A stretch of DNA of 32,423 nucleotides from Octopus bimaculoides (lineage: Eukaryota): assembly GCF_001194135.2 (NCBI RefSeq), contig NC_069003.1, forward strand, positions 34,766,479 to 34,798,901, in the 5' to 3' direction. Shown piece by piece: positions 24,478 through 32,423 of this stretch. Numbering within the stretch: the first letter of the stretch is position 1; each line of letters starts with the position of its first letter. Under the pieces are notes generated by a model. That model was not told the origin of the DNA. It saw nothing but the letters and a program-made list of their open reading frames with translations, and searched no databases. A program made the position numbers and the translations under genes.

Positions 24478-24508
<31 letters not shown>

Positions 24509-24835
24509 TGAACCACCATACATATCAAGCCAAACAGTCATTGAAAGCAAATTCTGACGAAACAACGAATTATTTCTCCGAACGTTAGATTTAATGTCTA
24601 AAAGACATCGTTGGATCACCATCATTTCCAGAAGTGACACTCGCCAACGACAGGGTGACTATACGACTGGGCCACTAGGTTATTTACAAAACCTACAACA
24701 AGGAACTGTTTGACCTATAAAATACAGGAAGAACGGTCCCTCTAGGGCGTTGATGTGACATTTTTCCGCGGTCACATTGACTTCACATAATTTATATGTG
24801 TGTGTGAGGTGTGTGTGTGTGTGAGGTGTGTGTGT

Positions 24836-24881
<46 letters not shown>

Positions 24882-25169
24882 GTGTGTGTTAGTGTGTGCA
24901 TGTGTGTATGTGTGGATTGGATGTTCGGGTGTACTTTTGTTGGTATCATAATACAAATTTGTTAAATGAGATTATAGTAAGTTCTCGAACATTGGTTTTC
25001 TATTCACGACCTACGTATGATAGACACGAAATGCCGTGAGAATAGTTTGTAAAATACCCTCTAACCATGCCCGCCACCAAATTTTCCAATGTTCCAACCC
25101 AATATTTGACCGAATTGTCACATTTTTATCTCCCCGCATTCTTTTAGGCTTTTTACTCTTTCAGTCTAT

Positions 25170-25218
25170 TCCCGGGCAAAAATGCTTAGCGGTATTTCGT
25201 CTGTCTTTACGTTCTGTA
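25170..25218 (+). mobile_element. Family A SINE head fragment
   Basis: CCGGGCAAAAATGCTTAGCGGTATTTCGTCTGTCTTTACGTTCTG, matching 1410-1465. Confidence 0.65.
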
Positions 25219-25242
25219 TACATGTATGTATGTGTGTATGTA

Positions 25243-25309
<67 letters not shown>

Positions 25310-25935
25310 ATGTATATATGCATGTGTGTGTATGTATATATCTATATATATCTATATATATGTTTGTATGTATGTGTATGTGTATATATATGTGTGTGTC
25401 TGTGTATGTGTGTATGTATGTATGTATGTATGTGTGTGTGTATGTGTGTATAACATATATAGGTATAAGCATTTTATTGAAGAATTGTGTAATAAAACGG
25501 ACTCGGTAATTCGTGTTTGACTCAAAATACAAGACTGCGGTTTTGTAATGGCGATGCAAAAATAGAGATGAAAATAGAAATTCATTTTAAATACCCCGGT
25601 ATATACAATATATGCAGTTATATTTACAACGACAGCACTTTCAGCAATTCTCAATAACTCTACTGTGACTTTGTTCTTGATTATTAACTTTACTGTAATC
25701 ATGATACGGTTAACCGAGTATTTCTAACATGTTAAAGTCTTCTGCTTTCATACCATTTAATTTATATGTAACAGAAATTCGATTTATCGTCGTTGTCGTC
25801 GCCGTCGTTGTTGTTGTTGTTGTTATTTATATGTAACAGAAACTCGTATGAAATGTGAAATGAAAGCGGCATTTAATAGCTACATCTGACAAACGTTTAC
25901 ATTTTTTCTTTTTTGTCCTTTTCCTCTATTTCCAG

Positions 25936-26034
25936 TATGGCATGGGCGCGGTCCATTGCGCAGCCTGGTTTGGTCAACTAGAATCGCTCAAAGCATTGGT
26001 AAATGGAGGAGCAAGAACCACTGTACAAACCAAA
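25936..26034 (+). CDS. ANKDD1A: Next coding exon (99 bp, phase 0/0) of the same ankyrin gene; encodes YGMGAVHCAAWFGQLESLKALVNGGARTTVQTK
   Basis: Long T/C tract plus tttccAG acceptor (25934-25935) and AAA|GTAAGT donor (26035). 33 codons. Similar to recalled human ANKDD1A '[33 protein letters not shown]', including the AWFG motif. Joining to exon 3520-3618 gives ...RDK-YGMGAVH..., the correct ankyrin periodicity. Confidence 0.9.
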
Positions 26035-26402
26035 GTAAGTTCCTATCAATTTTTTGTAATATTTTCTTCTTTATCCTTAATAATGTTTGCCGAAAGAATA
26101 CTTCTTCCTCTTATCGTCTGCTTGTATTCAATGTCGGGTCAATGGAACGTGTGTGAAATCATTATTGTTTAAACTTCTCTTCTGTTTGTTTTCGCCGATA
26201 GATGGCGGTGTTACAAACAATAAAACGTGGTTCCATCAATCAGATGCCTTTTAATATGTCTACTCACACATTCTTGTCTTGTTTAATTTTAATTTACACC
26301 TTGAAGCGTCTCTCATACTTGCCAATTACACTGACAACATACATTCATATACAGAAACAAATGCATACATATAGTATGTGTGTGTGTGTGTATGAATGTC
26401 TT

Positions 26403-26444
<42 letters not shown>

Positions 26445-26705
26445 GTGAGTGTGTATGAGTGTTTTGTGTGGGTTTGTATAAATGTCTATGTATATATTGT
26501 CATATGTGTGTGTGCGTGTGTGTACGTGCGTGGGTGGGCGGGTGTATGTGGGAGTATGTTGGTGAGATCTGGCCTGTAATAGTTTACAATCGATACGTGT
26601 ACCTTTCCTTCCATGCATGCAGTCATGGAATCATGTAAGCTCTCTCTCTCTCTCCAATCATACACACATACATAAATACATACATACATAAATACATGCA
26701 TACAT

Positions 26706-26766
<61 letters not shown>

Positions 26767-26879
26767 CGTGCGTGCGTGCGTGTGTGTGTATGTACGTATA
26801 TATATATGAACGTGTGCGTGTATTCCAGAGTGCGTAGAAGCAAGGAGATACACACATCATACACACGGTTCATGGTTAT

Positions 26880-27034
26880 TTAACTGACCTGAGTGCTGTC
26901 CACCATGCTAGTCTGGTACTTTATTTATCGACCCTGAAATGTTGGAAGTAATATTGATATTTGGTGTGAGTTGAACTCAGAATCAATACCAGAGAACATT
27001 CTGTTTAATGCTCTTCCCACTTTACCAATTTACC

Positions 27035-27035
<1 letters not shown>
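26880..27035 (-). mobile_element. Old, diverged family A SINE
   Basis: CTGGTACTTTATTTATCGACCCTGAAA...TTGAACTCAGAA. Confidence 0.6.

Positions 27036-27037
<2 letters not shown>

Positions 27038-27115
<78 letters not shown>
27038..27115. repeat. (CT)n microsatellite directly upstream of the Penelope remnant
   Basis: Direct reading. Confidence 0.95.
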
Positions 27116-27124
<9 letters not shown>

Positions 27125-27129
27125 ATTAG

Positions 27130-28420
27130 ATACTTGGAAATATATTTGCGTACCACTTAGCCAATAAAAGGTAATTTAGTTTGGAGCATTTGGCTGATTT
27201 CAGAATCGCCCAACAATTACGTTAATCAACTTTACCATCTGATACAGGCAATATTAGAAAGCAAATCCCTAGTAATATTACTGATAAAATTAAATGAGAG
27301 CTCAATGATAAATACGGCAAAATCCTCAGGCTCTTATGATTGCTGTAAAAATTACTTAAATAAACAGATCATTAGGTTCTTGGAATTTGATATCGAAAAT
27401 TATTATGTCTTAATAACAGTACTACTGGTAGATAAGACGAGTGAATTTTGCTAAATTTTTTACTAATATTGACCAATCAGAAGTAGAGATAATTTTGGAA
27501 GCCAGGAAAACAGTAATGATCAATCTCTTCTAAGAGAAATTTTGCAATAAGTATGGGAGCAAGCGCTTCAGCCTTGGTAATAATACCTAATGAGTCCGTG
27601 TTTATGATTTAAACTTCAGAGACCAACCTAACTACAGTTGACTTCTTAGATGTTACCTTCAAAGTAACTAATTGACTCAGATACGATTTTTCAGAACCCA
27701 AAGATGCGCTAATTTTTATACAGAGTGTCACACCAATCTAGAATTACCCCTAAACCCTAGATAGAAATGTACCTTATAGACTATCAGCTAATGAACATAT
27801 CCTTGAAGAATTTTCAATTTATTGTGATGCAGCCAACTTCATGCAGAAGTAGTTTCATCGATAAATATACCATTTTAAACCACTAACAAAATAAATAACA
27901 TCAGGAACAGATCTAAACGGATTATTTTGGCATAATTCACCTCGTTATTTAGCAGTTGCTGCTCTTATAAGTAGAATAATTTTTTTATACCGAAAAGATA
28001 CTTATTCCTAAACATAATTATTACGAAATAATAAATAAAATATTGTTCAATTCTCTTCTACACTGTATCAAGCTTAATATATAGCTTAATCTAATAACGC
28101 TAGCTAAGGATATTGTTTACAGTAAAACCAGCTATATCCATTATAGCATATATCAGGCTGACTGCAAATGAATTCAAGATTCCATTAGCATACACATACG
28201 TTTCAAAAGCCAGGTAACAAGTCATGCCATTTCTCTATCTAGATACACATGGAAACTTAAAAACCGTCGTACTACATCGTAACAAAGGGCGAACATTCTC
28301 ATTATGGCAGCGCAAGATGTCATGTGAATGAGTCCTTTATCGTTTTTACTAAGGATGCACGACTTGACCGGAATTCTGAGATAATCACTTCTTACTGTAT
28401 TCCACAATTTCATCAAAATT
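27130..28420 (+). pseudogene. Decayed Penelope-like retroelement (reverse transcriptase plus GIY-YIG endonuclease remnants)
   Basis: Frame-broken motifs in the expected order: RFLEFDIENYY (~27374-27406), EVEIILEARKTV (27480-27515), ISMG, TVDFLDVTF (27634-27660), YRLSANE, RNRSKRII, KDIVY (28106-28120), YIRLTANEFK (28149-28178), HAISLSRYTWKLK (28223-28261), NESFIVF..RNSEIITSYC. Confidence 0.8.
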
Positions 28421-29672
28421 TGTACCCAGACGGTTAGGCACGATTCATCTCCTTCCAAACATTTAATCTCAGTCTTGTGCCTAAAGTCTCCACACATTAC
28501 ATGCAGAAAGAGGATTTATTTTGTATTTAATTTATTCTATTGCTATCTGAATACCTAACTAAAATCTTTCAATTTATATCGCTTCGCATTCGCAGTGATA
28601 CATATTTCACAACAGGCATTGTCACCTAACCTAGTGTGACATCCAATCATTTTCGATTGTTATTCTATCGTCTCCAACTTACTTTTGAACTCTTCGTGGA
28701 ATTTAAACTATTTAACATGAACTCTTACCAAACACAGGAACCACAATAGCAACTCTATCAGCTACTCACAACCAATTTGCTATGGCGCATATTCTGTTTT
28801 TATGGATGGCTGTTTTGATTGGATCAAAAATGAGAACAAAGTCAATCACACACATGACCGTATTTGGTTATGCATAAGTTTGGTTTCGTGTATTTGTATA
28901 TATGTATCCACAGAGGTGTATGGATAAGTTAGATGAGATGTATGGCTTTAGAGATGGAGGTATGGGTAGAGGTATAAGGATATCTATGTATAATAAAACA
29001 TGTCTATATTAAGAGGTGTTTGTGTGTGTGTGTGATTGTATATTTATATTGATACATTTCTGTATATGTAAAAATATACATATTTCTATATATACATCTA
29101 TATATATATATATATATATNNNNNNNNNNNNNNNNNNNNNNNNNNNNNNNNNNNNNNNNNNNNNNNNNNNNNNNNNNNNNNNNNNNNNNNNNNNNNNNNN
29201 NNNNNNNNNNNNNNNNNNNNNNNNNNNNNNNNNNNNNNNNNNNNNNNNNNNNNNNNNNNNNNNNNNNNNNNNNNNNNNNNNNNNNNNNNNNNNNNNNNNN
29301 NNNNNNNNNNNNNNNNNNNNNNNNNNNNNNNNNNNNNNNNNNNNNNNNNNNNNNNNNNNNNNNNNNNNNNNNNNNNNNNNNNNNNNNNNNNNNNNNNNNN
29401 NNNNNNNNNNNNNNNNNNNNNNNNNNNNNNNNNNNNNNNNNNNNNNNNNNNNNNNNNNNNNNNNNNNNNNNNNNNNNNNNNNNNNNNNNNNNNNNNNNNN
29501 NNNNNNNNNNNNNNNNNNNNNNNNNNNNNNNNNNNNNNNNNNNNNNNNNNNNNNNNNNNNNNNNNNNNNNNNNNNNNNNNNNNNNNNNNNNNNNNNNNNN
29601 NNNNNNNNNNNNNNNNNNNNNNNNNNNNNNNNNNNNNNNNNNNNNNNNNNNNNNNNNNNNNNNNNNNNNNNN

Positions 29673-29710
<38 letters not shown>

Positions 29711-30259
29711 GTATGTATGTATGTGGAAATATCGGATCTAATTCGTGTACGGATGTATTCCCAATATATTCGGGTGCCTTAAAAAAGAATGGTCGATGCT
29801 TATGAATCGACTATTGGTCTTATCAGACTCTAAAAACGCTCTTTTGTGTATATTTTGTATTTAGATATACTTGTCTACTTGTCTAGAGACTAATATTAGT
29901 AGGTTTGTAAGCATGTTTCGCTGATGATGAATATATCCTTTGTTAAATACATTTATATATATATGTGTGTGTATGTGTGTGTGTGAGTGTGTGTGTGTGC
30001 GAGGAACAAAGAGTGTATGTCACGTGCATGTGTCTGTGTTTGTGTATAAATATACTAGTTGAATGAATGAGTTTCTCTACATGTATTCTTGCATCTTTTT
30101 TTTGTGTATAAACAGATATACATGCTTGCATATGTGTTGATGTGTATGTGTATGCGTATGTTTTATATAAATGACGTATAACATGCATACATACACACAT
30201 ACATGCATACACACATACATACATACATACATACCTACATACATACATACATACCTACC

Positions 30260-30294
<35 letters not shown>

Positions 30295-30830
30295 TGGAAT
30301 AAAATATCATCATGTATAAAATATAGCATATATATAGATACATACACATTTATATATATACTCAGATGGACACTTAACTGTGTGTGTGTGTACGAATGTG
30401 TGTGTGTCTGTGTGTATTTATGTATGTATCTATGCAATCATGCATGTGTGTACGTTCAGGTATTTTTATAAAACAGATCCAGGCAGTTTGGAAGCAAAAC
30501 TTGAATTGTGTACATATATATATAGAATATGAACTGTGTAAAATGTCTGTTTATTGAACTTATTGGTTTGTATCTCAACGGAAAACGTCTTAAATAAATA
30601 CCAGAAGGCTTTTTGTCTGTTGCTCCACCGATTTTCCCATAATACTTGTTGTTATTGCACAAATACTAACGATTGAGTCTTCGTGTCTACGTCACAGAAC
30701 GAGACAGAACGATGTGCCTTTTGGCAACATCATCACGTTCACTAACCATCACCATCATCATGATTCTTAACCATCATCATCAGCATCAGCGTCCTGGACT
30801 ATGACCATCACTTTTAACCCTCACCATCAT

Positions 30831-30906
30831 CGCCCTTAACAATCACCACCGCCCTTAACGATCATCATCGCCCTTAACAATCACTATCACCCTTAGCTAT
30901 CATCAC
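30831..30906. repeat. 19-bp minisatellite (x4) within a CAT-rich low-complexity tract
   Basis: CGCCCTTAAC(A/G)ATCA(C/T)CA(C/T) units starting at 30831, 30850, 30869 and 30888. Confidence 0.8.
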
Positions 30907-30948
30907 CATCATCGTTACTATAACCATCATAACCACTATCACATTAAC

Positions 30949-30991
<43 letters not shown>

Positions 30992-31075
30992 GTCGTCGTC
31001 GTCGTCGTCATCACCACGCTTAATCATCACTAGGACAATCGTACTTGCCATGATCATCAAGAAGGACAGCAGTCT

Positions 31076-31210
31076 GCGAGGTCGACTTTACCTGTTATCG
31101 TTTCGGGGTCGATAAAATGAGTTGAGCAGAGGAGTCGTTGTAATCGATTTATGCCTCTCCACCCCCACCCCCCGAAATTGCCGCCCTTGTGGCAAAATTT
31201 AAAACCAACG
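31076..31210 (+). mobile_element. 5'-truncated family A SINE
   Basis: CGAGGTCGACTTTACCT..TTTCGGGGTCGATAAAATGAG..GTAATCGA..CCCCGAAATTGC. Confidence 0.7.
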
Positions 31211-31740
31211 TTACATTACAGTCAAGCAGCGAGATAAACAGACAGACAGACAGAGAGGCAAGCAGTGTGAGTTTGAAGATTCTCGTAAATCCTGACTGTA
31301 TTCTTATCTTCTTATCGACTGAGCGAGCGAGTAAGAAATGTCTGACGTAGCCACTCGTTCCAGCAGATTAAGGCCATCAGTCTTGCGTGTAACGAGGACT
31401 CTAAGAGATCTGTGTTTACGTAAACAACCAGGCAACATGGTGGACGATGTTATTCAGCTGTTGTAATGTCTGGACCACTTCCCTCGTGTTTCTGAGTTCG
31501 GTCTCGTCTATAAATGTTCATAAGCGAAATCGTGAAAGACACTTTGATCTATTACCACCAGGTACGGACAGCAGCACTAAAAGTACTTCCAGAAGGTACT
31601 TCATTTGGGCTACTCAGCAATTTGAAGCATATTTGACTACTATATCTAGTGAGCATGTAACGACTTCCTGGGTTTTAAAATGCCGTATTGCAAGTGAGGG
31701 CAGCTAACTGGTGTCAACACAGTAACAATAGCCATGGGCT

Positions 31741-32123
31741 ATATATATATATATGGTGGTGGTTGTCTACTCCTTAAACAGAGTTTGACCACCTCCTGCA
31801 CCTACACCTTAGCCCTTTCATGGCGTCTGATGTGGCTTTTTAAACCAGACAGTGTTTTGAAAAAACACCCACACAGATTGCACCTCTGATTTGCACTACC
31901 AATACCTGCAAGTAAGTTCTGCTCATTGTGGATCCTATATACATTCGCCATGATAGATCGCTAGCCACTACACATTCTTTATTTTCTTTCTGTGTTCCTT
32001 TCTGTGGAAGAGCGTAGGCTCGAAATGTTAAAGACTTTTCACTTCCCGAGCGTTAAACTAATACATCTGTTCGTTGTCTACAGCACCTGTCTTCGTTTTT
32101 TGTTATTTTTGTGAATTCTCCCA
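31741..32123. mobile_element. Composite retroelement remnant: minus-strand LINE-like 3' end with a C2H2 finger, plus a + strand degenerate hammerhead (Penelope-type end)
   Basis: Minus ORF 31951-31802 encodes MANVYRIHNEQNLLAGIGSANQRCNLCGCFFKTLSGLKSHIRRHERAKV*, followed by a short UTR and (ACC)/(AT)n tail. Plus strand 31998-32033: CTTT-CTGTGGA-A-GAGC-gtag-GCTC-GAAA-tg-tt-AAAG. Confidence 0.65.
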
Positions 32124-32239
32124 AGCCCATGGCTATTGTTACATATATATGTATTGAGAGAATATATCACGTTCCAGTGACGTTTCTTCACACACTGTCT
32201 GCCGTCGAGTGCTGTTTGATCACGTGGGTGTTGATTTTT

Positions 32240-32423
32240 GACATGGCTTGTCATCATCGTTGTCGTTACCATTATCATCATCATCATCATCACCATCACC
32301 ATCACCACCGCCACCAACAACACCACCACCGTCACCATCGTAAGATCATCATCGTCGTCGATGTCGTCGTCATTACCTCCACCGCACCACAACCACCACC
32401 ACCACCACCACCACCACCACCAC
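32240..32423. repeat. (CAT)n/(CAC)n compound microsatellite running to the window end
   Basis: Direct reading. Confidence 0.9.

Larger units (their letters stand above)
3619..25935 (+). other. GT-AG intron (~22.3 kb including N-gaps) between the two ankyrin exons
   Basis: GTAAGT at 3619 and CAG at 25933-25935. No further ankyrin-like exon seen in the called sequence; gaps could hide exons. Confidence 0.7.

Noticed and set aside
26190-26260. Possible next ankyrin exon after tttcgccgatAG (26201)
   Set aside because: Translation (DGGVTNNKTW...) is not ankyrin-like and hits a stop; no third exon found before the window end.
31802-31951. Host C2H2 zinc-finger gene
   Set aside because: Single finger with no TGEKP linker or splice context, followed by a retroelement-like tail inside a repeat.
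170-32392. Most ORFs in the six-frame track (poly-H/V/T/L/Y/C, HT/CV/YI repeats, X-filled ORFs)
   Set aside because: They are translations of microsatellites or run through N-gaps; no coding signal.

Overview
Eukaryotic, AT-rich, microsatellite-dense genomic DNA with about 11 N-gaps. The repeat content resembles Octopus/cephalopod DNA (inference from recalled repeat families, not a database match). The window is mostly one ~22.3 kb intron (3619-25935) of a + strand ankyrin-repeat gene. Two 99-bp phase-0 exons (3520-3618, 25936-26034) splice into consecutive ankyrin repeats resembling the N-terminus of ANKDD1A. The rest is repeat landscape: many tRNA-derived SINE copies, two 3' fragments of a restriction-like-endonuclease (R4/Dong-like) LINE adjoining (CATA)n arrays, a decayed Penelope-like element (RT + GIY-YIG), a mariner deletion derivative, a hAT-like MITE, a foldback element and simple repeats. 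The best hidden signal is a complete type I hammerhead ribozyme motif with every core position intact at 18522-18613, in the sense strand of the intron; two degenerate hammerhead-like motifs also occur. Almost all ORFs in the supplied track are microsatellite or N-gap artefacts.
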